From the human T2T-CHM13v2.0 reference genome, Homo sapiens, in assembly GCF_009914755.1 (NCBI RefSeq), contig NC_060937.1: a stretch of DNA of 64,000 bases; one strand, given 5' to 3'. This document shows, one piece after another, positions 32,321 through 46,278 of the stretch. Numbering within the stretch: position 1 is the stretch's first letter; each line of letters begins with the position of its first letter. The position numbers were made by a program, and so were the translations under genes. The notes under the pieces were generated by a model. The model was given only the letters and a program-made list of their open reading frames with translations. It was not told the DNA's origin and made no database searches.

Positions 32321-33477
32321 CATACAATTATTAAAGAGATTTAAGAGTAATGTAAAAGACTATAATTTTTAATGATATATATGCCAACTTAATATTTATG
32401 GACATTATAGAACTGATCATTGTAGAGAGGCATATAAGACACCTGGATGCTCAAATGAAAGAAATAAAGTCTGTATGAGAAAATGGAAATTATAATGAAA
32501 ACTACTGTTATTCCAAATCTCTTTTGGAAAGTAAGTCCCCAACATCTAGCAAGTAAATAATGGTTGTCCAGAAACAGAAAAGGCCTTAAAAGGAGAAGAG
32601 TAATAACTAAATATAATTAAATATAGAGAAATTTTTTTCTAAAAATATTAAAAGGATTCATGAAGTTCTAAGAAAACTGATGGGGAAAGAAATTCATATA
32701 CCTAGGCACATTATGGAAGAGACCTGATATCTAAGGTAAAAAGAAAACCTTGCAAGCTTCCAGACTGAAGGATATAATTACTTACAGTTGTAAAATAATC
32801 AGACAGATAATAACTTCCTACTTGTTTCACTGGAAGTTAGAATACACCAGAATAGCATCTGTAGATCCGAGAGAAAGGAAATACACTCCAAGATATACCA
32901 ACCAAAATTACATATACAGAAGGATTCAGAGGAAGATCCTCCACTTCACTGTGGGATGGAGTACAGTATGTTTTCCACTGGAAACATACTAGAAATCAAA
33001 TTAGCAAGCACCAATCATCTTTGAGACAGTGACACCAATCTGATGAGACAGTAACTGGAGAGGCGACAATTCAGACAGGGGAAGGTCTTAAAAAGATGAG
33101 TTGATTTATATAGCAGATTTAACTTGCCCTTTACTTGCACTAGTATTTGCCAGCTAGGGGTTCAAACAGCAGACTGAGACCCAGGATTGCACCCACGGAG
33201 ATATGCCACTGTGGGGAAAGAAAATCCAGATGTCAAATTTTCTCTCGAGATATCTGTTGAATTCTGGGGCTGTGTAATGTAGAGTAAGGGTTAAAAATTT
33301 AAGCAGAAAGCCTGCGAAAAGCAACACATCCCTTTCAGTAGTCTCAAGAGACAAGTATCAGAGTATAAAACTACCGGTAGGAGGAACCCTGGATGGTCCG
33401 CCAAACTATTAACAGAAACTCTGGAAGGCTGGAATAAACCAGAGGTAAAGTGGACCTTAAGAAGGTCACAATCCTTA

Positions 33478-33770
33478 GGTCGGGCACAGTGGCTCATGCC
33501 TGTAATCCCAGCACTTTGGGAGGCCGAGGCGGGCGGATCACCTGAGGTCGGGAGTTTGAGACCAGCCTGACCAACATGAAGAAACCCCGTCTCTACTAAA
33601 AATACAAAAAAATTAGCCAGGCGTGGTGGCGCATGCCTGTAATCCCAACTACTCAGGAGGCTAAGGCAGGACAACTGCTGGAACCTGGAAGCCAAGATCG
33701 TGCCATTGCACTCCAGCCTGGGCAACAAGAGCAAAACTTCGTCTCAAAAAATAAAAAAAAAAAAATTAAA
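33478..33770 (+). mobile_element. AluSp with small internal right-arm deletion
   Basis: cctgaggtcgggagtttgagaccagcctgaccaacatgaagaaacc diagnostic; gcggaggttgcagtg segment missing near 33690. Confidence 0.92.
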
Positions 33771-33869
33771 AAGTCACAACTCTGCTTTTATTCAGCCTCA
33801 TTCATGCATGATTGCTTTAAGGTGGTTAGCTACCACCCTACTTTTAGCCCACTGAAAGTAAACCTACTC

Positions 33870-34175
33870 GGCCAGGCACGGTGGCTCACGCCTGTAATCT
33901 CAGCACTTTGGGAGGCCGCGGAGGGCGGATCACGAGGTCAGGAGATCGAAACCATCCTGGCTAACACCGTGAAACCCCGTCTCTACTAAAAATACAAAAA
34001 ATTAGCTGGGCGTGGTGGTGGGCACTTGTAGTCCCAGCTACTCAGGAGGCTGAGGCAGGAGAATGACGTGAACCGGTAGTCGGAGCGTGCAGTGAGTCGA
34101 GATCACGCCACTGCACTCCAGCCTGGGCTACAGAGTGAGACTCCGCGCCCCCCCCAAAAAAAAAAAGAAAAAAAA
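33870..34175 (+). mobile_element. AluY
   Basis: gagatcgaaaccatcctggctaacaccgtg; 16-bp TSD gaaagtaaacctactc (33854-33869 / 34176-34191). Confidence 0.96.
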
Positions 34176-34964
34176 GAAAGTAAACCTACTCTATAGAAAA
34201 TAATATTATATCGTGCCTCTATAATTGTTATACACAATTCAAGCAAAACTTACGAAATACATGAAAAGATTGGAACAGATGACCAAAATCCAAGATCTAA
34301 ATGGACCCACAGATGATCTTTACAACAAGTTGTCTGACAAATAACTTTAAAATAACTATGATTAATATGCCCAAGGACATAAAGAACCACTGTAGAAATA
34401 TATAAAAAGATAGGGAATTTCACAGAGAAATTGAGCCTATTTTTAAAAATGCAAATCATAGAACTAAAAATAAAGTATCTACAAATAAGAATTCAGCGAT
34501 TACATTACTCATAAATTTCCTATGAAAACAAGTCAAAAAATAACTCTACAGAATCAAGAGACCACAAGCTGCCATGAAGCTTATACTTTAAACTCAGCAC
34601 AATACTCATACTTGGCAATTCTGTCACTATCACTTTCACAACTGCTGTTAGACATGAGTCAAAACTGTTCACCAGAACACAAAATATTTGCGGAGTAGGA
34701 GACTAATAGGAACTTAAACCACTTGGCAAGTGCCATTCAAATGAGTCAAGTATTTCAAAAACTTCAGCACTTGTTGCCTGAGCACTTACGATAATGTCTG
34801 CATTGTGCTACTAACTGACCAATTGTAAGAGAAATTAATATTACAATGTTCAATATTTTAAGTCTTATATATGTATTTATGTATCTGTTATATTTAAAGT
34901 GCATTCCTGAAATCAAAATCCTTCTAGTGAGTCAGAAATAAGTTATCCAATGTTTGACTGTATT

Positions 34965-35478
34965 TTCTCTTGTTTTAACTTTTATTTTCAGGAGCAAATG
35001 TACAGGTTTGTTACATAGGTAAACTTGTGTCATGGGGGTTTTGTTGTACAGATTATCTCATCACGCAGGTATTAAGCCTAGTATCCATTAGTTATTTTTC
35101 CTGATCTTCTCACTCCTTCCACCCTCCACCCTGCAACAGGCCCCAATGTGTGTTGTTCCCCTCTATGTGTTCATGTGTTCTCATCATTTAGCTCCCACTT
35201 ATAAGTGAAAACATGTGGTATTTGATTTTCTGTTCCTGTGTTAGTTTGTTAAGTATATTGGCCTCCAGCTCCATCCATGTCCCTGAAAAGGACAGGATTA
35301 TGTTATTTTTATGGCTGCATAGTACTCCATGGTGTATATGTACCACATTTGAAGATCAATGAATCCAGGGGCTGGTTTTTTGGAAAAAAAAATAATAAAA
35401 TAGACTGCTAGCTAGACTAATGAAGAAAAGAGAGACTACTCAAATAAACGCAATCAGTAACAAGGGGGATATTACCAA
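34965..35478 (-). mobile_element. Short L1PA (PA10-13-like) 3' end with inverted ORF2 fragment at 35351-35478
   Basis: Antisense 3' UTR to ...taccacattt, then sense aagatcaatgaatccaggggctggtttttt. Confidence 0.85.
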
Positions 35479-35723
35479 TGTATTCCTTTTTACCCATAAC
35501 CTAAACCCTTCCACGTATCTTATCAGTAATTTTCCTCTACATATTTATTTCCTCTTCACGTTCGTGGGAACTCCACTCAAGTTCCCTTGGAATAGGACTC
35601 TCCAGACTACAAATCCCTCCACAAATTTATTATGTTCTTATTTACATAAGAATTGGTTGATTGTGGTAATATTGGCATGAAGATATAGCTTTTTTACTTA
35701 TATATCCAAGAATGGAGCTTGCT

Positions 35724-35737
35724 TTTATTCTTCATAT

Positions 35738-35787
<50 letters not shown>
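35724..35787. repeat. (TA)n microsatellite
   Basis: Long pure TA run with CATA interruptions at its 5' side. Confidence 0.97.
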
Positions 35788-35789
<2 letters not shown>

Positions 35790-35790
<1 letters not shown>

Positions 35791-36780
35791 TACACACAGT
35801 ATTTGTCTTTTTTGACCGACATATTTCACTTAGCATAATGTCCCCAAGGTTCATCCATGTTGTAGGAGGCGACAGGATTCCCTTCCTTTTTAAGGTTAAA
35901 TAATATTCCATTGTATGTATATGTCACATTTGCTTTGTCCACTCATTTACTGATGAAAATATGAGTTGCTTCCTCTTTGGCTATTGTGAATAGTGCTGCT
36001 ATGAACATGGTTGTGCAAATATCTCAAGACCCACTGTCTTTCCCTATTGAGTGACATTAGCATTCCGTTGAAAACCATGTACAGAAAGTTTCATTTCTCG
36101 ACTCCCTAAATTTATTCCCTTGATTTGTCTATCTTTATACCAGGACTACACTGTTTAGATTACTGTAACTTTGTAATATATTTTAATATCAAGACATGTA
36201 AGCCCTTTAATTGTTTTCATTTTCAAAACTGTTTTGGCTACTTTGGAGTCCCTGAAGAATCCCTATGAGTTTTAGAATGAATTTTTCTATTTCTGTAAAA
36301 AAATGCCATCAGGATTTTGATAGGGATTGCATTAAGTTTATAGATTGCTTTGGGTAGTATGGATATTTTGACAATATTAAGTCTTCTAATTCATGAACAT
36401 GGGCTACCTTTCCATTTATTTGTGTCTTCCTTAATTTCTTTCAGCTACATTTTGTAGTTTTCAGTGTACAAGTCTTTTGCCACCTTATTTAGGTTTATTC
36501 CTAAGTATTTTATTCTTTTTCATGGTATTATAAATGAAATTGTTTCCATCGTTTCTTTTCAGATTGTTCATTTTTGATGTACAGAAACACAACTGATTTT
36601 CCTAAGCTGATTTTGTCTGTCCTGTCACTTACTGAATTTTCTCATTAGGTGCAGTGGGATTTTTTGTGTGGTATCTTTAGGGCTTTCTACATATAAGGTC
36701 AAGTCATCAGTAAACAGAGCTAATTTTACTTCTTTCTTCCTTTCCAATTCATATGCCCTTTTACTCTGGCCCAATTCTCT
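35790..36780 (-). mobile_element. L1MA/MB fragment
   Basis: atttcacttagcataatgtccccaaggttcatccatgttg and antisense ORF2 ttttgatagggattgcatt. Confidence 0.85.
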
Positions 36781-37021
36781 GCCTCCTCAAATTGTTTTCA
36801 TATAATCCAGGTTAGTTTGATCCATTTGGTTTGTGTGCTTCACAAATTATTTGGCTTTTGATATTTGCATCATCATTTGCGTTAACATTATTAACAGTCA
36901 GTCTTATTAAACAAGACCCCAGATTCATAAAACCTGTTTTTGCCAGTAGACCTAGTTTTAAATTCAGCAATTTAACGATAGAAGAAATAAAGAGAATCTT
37001 TTTCCATGAAGCAGCAGAAGT

Positions 37022-37720
37022 GATTTTTTAAATCTTTATTATGGAAATATCAAATATATAAAATGTATAGTATAGTGAATACTACTTCATTAGTATATTT
37101 TTAATACTAATCAGTAGTTGCAACAATGATCAAGTTCTGGCAAATCTTATGTCTATGCTTATCAATTTCTTTCCACTTCCAGATAATTCTGACTCCAAGA
37201 TAGCATTTCATTTCATCCGCATATACTTTTAAATATATCATAAGAGGACATTAACTACAACAACATAATTATACTAAGATATTAAGTACTTCCTCCTTAT
37301 TATAAAATACCTAGTATTTGTTCAAATTTCCTGGGTTGTCTCATAAAATTTTAGGTTAGTTGTTCAAATCAATGTCAATAAAGTTTATATATTGCAATTA
37401 GTTGTCATATTTCTTGAGTTTTATATAATCTGTAAGTGCCTCCTTTCTCTACTTTTTCCTTATGATTTATTTGTGTAAAACGTTGAGTCAATTGTTCCAG
37501 CAGTTTCTCATAGACTAGGTTTTACTGATTTCATCCCAGTGGTATTGCTTGACATGTTCCTCTCTCTCTTCCATCTCCCTTGAATTGGTAGCATGATTTA
37601 GAGATTTGATTAGGTATATGTTCAGGGTTTTTGTTTCTGATAGGTTATTAGCTTTCTCAAGATTACTTCACAAGTGGTCTTGGTCTTCCATTCAAAAGAA
37701 GTTTATGTCTGATTTTCTCT
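37022..37720 (-). mobile_element. Old L1MC/ME 3' end
   Basis: tttattatggaaatatcaaatatataaaa start; tatttgttcaaatttcc motif. Confidence 0.55.
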
Positions 37721-37832
37721 AGGAAGTAGCTTTTCTCTGCCTAGATTATTATTAATATACATAGCATTTTACAACACTGAAATTACTTTCACATACACAA
37801 ATATATTTATCCTTACAATATCCCTCAATGTA

Positions 37833-38298
37833 TGTGATAGGTCCAGTACTGGATTTTGCCCAACTTACAAACTAACAAATAAGCCTGTTATTACTGAGGG
37901 ATGTTGGCAGAAACCAAGAGATTCCTGGGTCAGAGGCCAAGGAATGTATTACTCATGGCACAAGCAGCATGAACATCAGCATATTCCTGTTACTTGCCTT
38001 CTCGAGGTCCTTTGAGAGTGATGTGAAATAATAGTCCAGATGAATGCTACATATTAGTTGGGTTTGTGTCATGGCTGGGTAACCCACAGCCTGGGGACCA
38101 CCAAGTTTACGGCAAGCAGTAAGCAAGTATGCACTTTTGCTAGGAGAGTTGTAACTATCTTATCTCTCAGGTTACTAGGCATACAAATAACATTTAAAAA
38201 TGGCCCATGAACAACTGATCAGAGCCTTACAGTCATAGCACACCCCAGAAAGAAAAGTAAGATTACTATAGACCCAAAAAGAAATGTATCTCCCAACA
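37833..38298 (-). mobile_element. LTR40-like ERVL solo LTR, inserted into a MIR
   Basis: TG...CA ends; ctgggtcagaggccaaggaatgtattactcatggcacaagcagcatgaacatcagc; ends tctcccaaca. Confidence 0.7.
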
Positions 38299-40199
38299 AT
38301 GGGTAGGATACATAATTGTTTTTTTTTTTTTTCATATTTCCAATGACAAGATTAAGGTTTACTGTGAATTAGGGTCACACAAAACAAGAGAGCCAGGACT
38401 AAAACAATTAGAAAAACAGAAATATATTCATCAGCAAAAACATCTGATGCCCTGAAATTAACGGAATATTTTCAAATTGCTGAGATAAAAACAATTGTCA
38501 AAATAAAAATGTTTATAATACTTAACAATCATTCAAAACTAAGGAAAAGTATGAATGATTTTACCATTTAGATGGTCACTGAAAACAATGACCTGGAAGG
38601 AAAAAAATTAAACCAAATGAAACGACATAGATCCACTGATTTATTAACTGCTTCAACAAGTATTTTTTGAGCAGTGACCATGTGCCAGACATTTTTCCTG
38701 CTTTGGAATTATAATTGTTCAAGAAGCAATAAAGACTGTTAAATTATTTTCAATAACTGAAGCAAAACCAAATCATGGAGTTATAAGGTGGATTGTTTTT
38801 CATAATATTATATACTTCTATGTCATAGTTAAAAACACAGCCTATATATTCCTCTTTTCAATCTCTTAACCACCCCAATTTGTATCAATCATGAACTTTA
38901 CTTCTGCTTAACCAGTGTACTTCCTTTTATTAAACAGTAAATGCTAAACAATCCCTTAGAAACATAGACTAAATTTTTGAGTCTAATTCGCTGAGCATTT
39001 AGCAAATATTTATTAAATTGAATTCAATTGATTCTAGTTGAGTTGAATTAAGTTGATCCAAGTATCTCTGTGCCCAATGCCAGCAATAAGGTCAGTGAGA
39101 GCAAAAGAAACAACAAACACTTATAAACTACATGGTTGAATTTAAGACTAAAGAAAAAGATATTTCCAAAGGCATCCACCATCCCTCCACTCTTTTGGTA
39201 TTCTTAGAGAGAATCTTAGATGGATAGCACATATAAAAATAGCTCACACCTGAAGGGTTAGATCACAAAGAGCAAACAAATCAAAAGCAGGATGTGGCTC
39301 TGCATTTTATAATGTCTAAAAAGAGAAAGGTTTCGTGGTTCATTAACCATACATGACTCATTGCTTCCAAACACTATATGTGCATGACATTGTCTTTGTC
39401 CTTGAAAAAACAGCTGTAATTTGACTAAATCTGTCATCGATGTTGCTAAATAACAAGCGAGAAAATTACACAGCTGATGTAACTGTGTAACTTAACTCTC
39501 TAAAGTAATCATCTCTACAGAGTAACAGTGCAACTGTTATATTTGTACTGAAGGCAGAATCTTAGGACAGAGGGACAGGACCTCATATGTCACGATTTAC
39601 CCAGCCACCCTTTGCCCCTGGCTGTTAGGCAGTAATGTGATTCAAATAATCATGATCTAGTGTGCTAGAGCTGGAAGACACTTTGGAGGTGTCTACTCCA
39701 ACCACCTCATTTTATGAATTAGGAAACAGAGGGTGCCCAAGGATGATGGTGGGGAAAAGAAGCAGATTTGATTGATTTTGTAAGTGACAGTTACTTCTTG
39801 CTATCTTATTGTAAACCTGTTATTTAAGAACGTTGTTTTTAACAGAGACTCCATTTTCATACTAAATCTTAGAAAAAAATTACAGTGTAGAAAGGTGTTG
39901 TTTAGCTTTCAGGTGTAAGTTTTCTCAGTCATAGGGAAATGAATTCAGTGATATTTCTACTGCTAGAATGCTGACCCTCATCTACAACATGTTATTTAAT
40001 GTTTGAATTAAATTTCACTCACCTCATAAAACAAGCATGGGAATAAACCAGGGTCTGCAAGTACAGAATGTGAGAGTACTTAGGGAGAGATAGATATAAA
40101 GGAAATCTGGCAGAAGACTTAACCGGAGTAGAAACTTAAAAATAAAATAGATTTCCTTAATACATCTTTTTGCATTTTGTGGTACTTTTACAGGAAAAA

Positions 40200-40230
40200 T
40201 GTGTGTGTGTGTGTGTGTGTATACGTGTGT
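40200..40230. repeat. (TG)n microsatellite
   Basis: tgtgtgtg run. Confidence 0.9.
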
Positions 40231-40984
40231 CCCTGCTTTTGTGTATTTACACAAATGCTTATGTTCTCTTCACCCTGTACTATGACTTTGGACATAGGCA
40301 GTTCACATCATGAAGTAAAAAACTGGTCAATTATTTTTGATTTCCTAAATATATTCACTTCGTATTTTGGAAATCCTGATCAGTATTATCTATAAAACAT
40401 ATAAATAAATGGCAGTTATATATACAAAAAATACTGAATATGGTTCCTGGAACAATACAGGAAGCCAACAAATGTTTACTGATTTCAAATATTTATACCA
40501 GTAAATGTGCAACGTATTTCCAGGAGAGTTGAGGAAGCTTATCTCTGGAACTCTAGAGAGCAAGAGTGTTCCTAGAACCTTTATATTCTCTGTCCACACT
40601 GCTCACAGATACAGTTGGAAGGAAAATTATTAAGTTTCCATTTGGCTACAGCTGGAGACATTAGTGTTCCACAGGGTGCCATATTTTCTCCTCAACAAAT
40701 TTTGAGGAAAACTGTTGAAATAATCGTTCTATGACCAGAAGAGCTTCTAATGTTATAACTCACTCCTGATGAAGCTGAATACATTGTGATCTATAAGGGA
40801 AAAAAAAAAGATGCTTTATATGTGATACATTTATTCTATGTTTCAGAAAATGCAAAACTGAGGCACGATCCCTTTGATGAGCTTGATATTTCATATATTT
40901 AAAAGATGATAAGAAAATAACGTCCAGAGAAACGCTGACTTGACATGCCTTTGACTGGACCCTAACCTCCACGTTCTCAGCCTC

Positions 40985-41375
40985 ACTCATGGTCAGCTGC
41001 AGACCCAGGAAGGCCCATGGTGTTATCTCTAGCCTGAACCAGGAGGCCTGAGAACTAGGAGAATCTACAATATAGTTCCGATTCAAAGGCTGGCAGGCTT
41101 GAAACCCAGGAAAAAAGTGATGTCTCAGTTTGAAGACACACAGAGGTTTCTCTCTTGCTCAAGAGTCAGCCTTTTTGTTCTATTTAGGACATTAACTGAT
41201 TGATTATCTGGGGGCCCACCTACACTAGTGAGTGCAATCTGCTTTACTCAGTCTACCTACTAACATGTTAATCTTATTCAAAAATACCTACCCAAAAACA
41301 CTCAGAATAATTTTTGACCAAATATCTGGGTATCCCATGGCCCAGTAAAGTTGACACATGAAATTAACCATCACA
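40985..41375 (-). mobile_element. MLT2B-like ERVL LTR (partial)
   Basis: aatctgctttactcagtctacc...aagttgacacatgaaattaaccatcaca terminus. Confidence 0.85.
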
Positions 41376-41663
41376 CTATCTATACCGATTTACAGTAGAG
41401 GAGGATTTACAGACAGGATGACAAAATCATCCATCACATTAATATAATGGTAATTTTAATATTAATAATTTTATCATTGTTTGATTTTAATTTATAAGTT
41501 TATTGTAGCCTACATCATAAATATACAGGTATCTAGTTGTACATTTGTACATATTTAATAACATTGTAACCAAAATCAGTTTTCTAAACTGGGGATATAT
41601 ATATTTAAAAGCTTTTCCATTTAAAATGGCTCTAAGCTTCACAAACAATGTTGAGAAACCATA

Positions 41664-42031
41664 CCTATCAGTCCGTTCTCACACTGCTATAATGAACTGC
41701 CCGAGACTGGGTAATTTACAAAGGAAAGAAATTTAATTGACTTACAGTTCTGCAGGGCTGGTGAGGCCTCAGGAAACTTATAATCATAGGAGAAGGGGAA
41801 GCAAAAGCCTCTTTCTTCACGTGGCAACAGGATAGAGAAGTGCTGAGCGAAGGAGGGAAAAGCCCCTTATAAAACCATCAGCTCTAGTGAGAACTCACTC
41901 ACTATCATAATAGCCTGAGGGAAATGATCTAATTACCTCCCATGAGGTCCCTCCCCCAACACATGGGAAACACAATTTGGATTATAATCCAAGATGAGAT
42001 TTGGGTGGGGACACAGAGCCAAACTATATAA
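41664..42031 (-). mobile_element. THE1 (C/D-like) MaLR solo LTR
   Basis: cagtccgttctcacactgctata...gatttgggtggggacacagagccaaac; TSD ccata/tcata. Confidence 0.9.
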
Positions 42032-43000
42032 TCATATTACATAGAAAGACACTGTACCAAGATAATACTTTAGTAAAGTATAGATTTTGTTTGGGGGCTA
42101 AATTTGGTATTGTGGATTCATGTTGTTCTTAATTTAATTGAATCCAATTGCTGTAGTGATTTTTGCAATCCTACCTGGCATCCACAATCACTGCTGTATT
42201 TATGCACTACAGAATAAATTGGGAATAGAATAGCAACATCCCAGATCTTGCCAGATTGTCGCAGCTTTAGTATTCCATAAACAAGCTAGTATTTGCTAAT
42301 ATTAGTGAGAGTGAAATGAGAGAGTTTTATCATGTGCATAATGTGTTCCATCTGGTGGTAAGTGACAGTCTTCAGACAATAAATTTGTTTTGACCAATAT
42401 TTAGATAACTTCTAACAGCTTTACCTGCACAAGGTGCTTGAATTTTGCTTCATGCATCCAAGGAGATTTTTGAAAAACAGAACTATGTGGATATTTTGAA
42501 AAGGTACATACACTGTAGATTATTATTTAGAAATAAAAAGTATGCCCATCTCAAAGTCTTTCTTTTATAATGCATTTTCACCATTGTTGGTGTTAGAACT
42601 ATACACCTCAAAGTTTGCCCTCTTTGCGGGGATAGTGAGATATTCTAAGACTACATGGAGATGCTCATGGATAATCATTTCTCTCTGGTCCCCATTTACT
42701 CTTATTCCATTGTGTAGTATCCTCCAACCCCTACCTACATAGCCACATTCTCTCTGGATTTTATACTTAGAAATGATTTTTCCCCACCTAAGTCTGTGCT
42801 AAAACTGGCCCTTCCACAGAACAATGTTTATCCCTTAGAGAATCAATATCCTTTTTTACATCATAATACTCTTGAAACAATAAACTTCTGCTTTGCAAAG
42901 AGGTTCTATACTCTTCTAAAAGTTAGAGTGCAGAGTTCTGTGGGAAACCTGCAGGAAAACTTAGTTTACCTCAAGTTCCCTGGGAATAGGTGAGCCACTG

Positions 43001-43339
43001 TGATATGGTTTGGATTTGTGTCCTCGCCCAAATCTCATGTGAAATTGTAATCCTCAGTATTGGAGGAGGGGCCTGCTGAGAAGTGATTACATCATGGGGG
43101 TGGATTTCTCCCTTGCTCTTCTCTTGATAGTGAGTTCTCATGAGATCTGGTTGTTTAAAAGTCCCCCTTCACTCTCTTCTTCCTTCTCCAGCCATGTACC
43201 TACTTCCCCTTCACCTTCTGCCATAATTGCTAGTTCCTGAGGCATCCCCAGCAGTGCTGTACAGCCTGGGGAACCATGAGCCATTAAACCTTTTTTTTTT
43301 TTAATAAATTACCCAGTCTCAGGTAGTTCTTTATAGCAA
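43001..43339 (+). mobile_element. MSTA-like MaLR solo LTR
   Basis: tgatatggtttggatttgtgtcc...gactgataca; TSD cactg/ccctg. Confidence 0.9.
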
Positions 43340-45980
43340 TGTGAGAAGAGACTGATACACCCTGTCTTTGTTGAGTGTGTTGTATGAAGATTTGTTTTTT
43401 GTATATAGCTAACGTTTGTTGAGCCTGTGTTCTATAGGATTTTTTTATTCAACGTGTATCAAGTGCTAACTATATAGGGGCTCACCCTACACACAAATTA
43501 AATAATCATCTTTGCTGAACTTTGAAATGTAAGCACTTATAAGCAGGTGATTAACTTTGTAGTAATAATTATTTGATAATAGAGATGATTATTTCTAACT
43601 TACTGAGTTCCTATTTACTTTGCACAATGTCTGACTAGCTTTTTTAGTGGTGAAGGTAGTTTGGGCAGTGAGTCCCGAAGGCGACTCCTGAGGACGCCCT
43701 GCCGTAGAACTGAGAGTCAGGAGGCTGGCATGTTATTTCTGGCTCTGTAACCTACTCTCCAAATGAACTTTGCTTGTCAACTCACTTTGCCTGCAGTGGC
43801 CTCTAATATGTAAATAAAAATCATATTTCTGTCCTGTGTAAAAATATTAAAAAGTATTTTTTACATTTATGATTTTATTGAATTTTTGTATCTATCCTGG
43901 GAAAAGGCCTTATTATGATGCAGATTTTACAGATGAAGAAACTGAATCTCAGTAAGAATTTTCTATGGTTTCTAGAGCTTGACCCCAGGTTCTTTCTACT
44001 ACACTTCATTGTCTCCTAGCATGAATTCTGTGAGTTTATGTAGCTCTAATTTAATAAATTAAAAAGAGTAAAGTGTTCGTTTATATATCAAACTTATTTT
44101 TACTAAGTTATATATTTTAAAAACCACTTACTAAATGTAGGGTACTATGAAGAGCTACTTATAAGCCCTAGGAATAGAAAACAAAAATAAACATAATTGC
44201 AACTTTAAGGGGCTTAAAATCAAGTAGATGGGATCAATATATAAACTCAAATATAAGTGACAAAAATATATAGACATATAGACATATATGACTCTCTGTG
44301 TGTGACTCTGTGTGTGTGTCTATATATATCTTAAGCTGGGTGATGAAAATAAGAAGGAAACACACACACTTGGGTAAAACACCACAGCATTTATAATTGG
44401 AAAGTGTATGAGGACAAGGACAAAAAGAACTGACATGATTGTTGTTAGATGGATCTACACCAGAAACAACATTAGGTGGAAAACTATGCACTGCATTATC
44501 ATATGTCACATGGGATTAGATACTGAGGAAACAATGAAATATGGGTTTGAGAGAGAATGAGTATGATTTTTATTCCAGGAGATGGAGTGCAAGCATAGAA
44601 AAATTTCCATACTGGGTCAAGTCAGGTGATCCTGTAATATTCAAAATCCATATAATTCCCCTGCTTTCAATATGAGTGTTCTCTCCTCACACACGCATCT
44701 GTTATTTTCATAAGATCTTGTTGACCCAAGGTACAGCAAATAATATCCTTAATTATGTTACATAGTCCCATCTAAATACACACCTCCAGTTAAGAACACC
44801 ATAGGGGCAAGCAAAGAACCATCATCACAGCCTAAGGTCTTCTCCTCATGTGTGTGGTGCTCTATGGATATCTTCATGGATAATGTTGCTCTTCTTCTTA
44901 GAAATGATAGCAATGACTGTCTCTCTGTATTTTGTTTAGCTATCCCCTGGGCCAATGGAATTGCTTCTTTAAGAATAATGTACACAGAATATTTAGAGGT
45001 TGAAGTATTAAGTTAAATATAGCAATTTATAATACACATGATGGATAGGATATACAAGCCAAGATAATTTATTTCCATTTAATAAATGTAATAAGCATCA
45101 CAATCTCTCCTGCACAATATTCTTAGATATTTTGACAATTTTTAAGCTCTAAGGATTAGCTGTTTAATATTCTTCACTTACTGAAGTAAAACAGAGGCAA
45201 ATTTTTTCCTGAAGTTAATTTTTACCTTTCACTGGGAGAAAAGATGCCTTTCATATGAGTGTTCACATTATACTTGCTGCAGCTAATTTTTAACAAAGAC
45301 TAGTAAGTAAAAATGGCATCTATTCAATCAATGCCCAATCCAGTGCTGAATGATATGCATATGGGTTCAATAGAAAAGTCTAAATGAAAGAAAATATTTA
45401 AAGGGCCAAAAATATTTAAAGGGTAAAAATTACAGCAATTCTTAATATTCCAACCATCCCCATAGCTCTAGTAAGTTTCTCGGCAAAATGAAACACTGCT
45501 CAGTATTTTTAATCACAATAGTCTTCATATCAAGGATGATCATCAAGAATAATTAGTATCTACAGCAGGGATGCTGACCAATTAGAACAGACACTGACAT
45601 GAACTACACCAGTGCAAACTGATTGCCAACCCTGCCATAGACATAGCCAGAGAGTCATGACAAAGATTCAGTGGCAAGACCCCGGAAATGTTCAGTAAGT
45701 TGACATCAAAGTGACAGATTGATCAGACACACCTAATTGTATTCCCTCCTACAATCCCACTAAAATAAATATACAACCTTTTTTTTAACAAAAACTTAAA
45801 TTTACTGAGAGCAGAGGAATTGGAAGAAGAGATAGCAATAACAACATTTGAAAGCTGGAGAGCAGATGATACGTGGTGCCTAACATAGGATGCCCAAGAA
45901 AGCCAACTCCCTCACAGCATTGAGGAAAGCAGAGAACCAACTCAATTTGCTCTATAGATTCCTCTAAAGATAGAGGGATA

Positions 45981-46278
<298 letters not shown>

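Noticed and set aside
33291-33989. 147-aa and 118-aa ORFs (similarly 45785-46228, 28326-28634, 6301-6594)
   Set aside because: Typical Alu-derived open frames
39895-39920. AG|GT|GTAAGT micro-exon or recursive site
   Set aside because: Weak pyrimidine tract with a competing upstream AG; expected by chance in 62 kb
43665-43700. Hammerhead ribozyme resemblance (tgagtcc...tgaggacg)
   Set aside because: Catalytic core CUGAUGA and GAAA are absent
45391-45423. 18-bp duplication (also 15-bp at 10539-10566 and 11-bp near 24612)
   Set aside because: Ordinary slippage micro-duplications in AT-rich DNA
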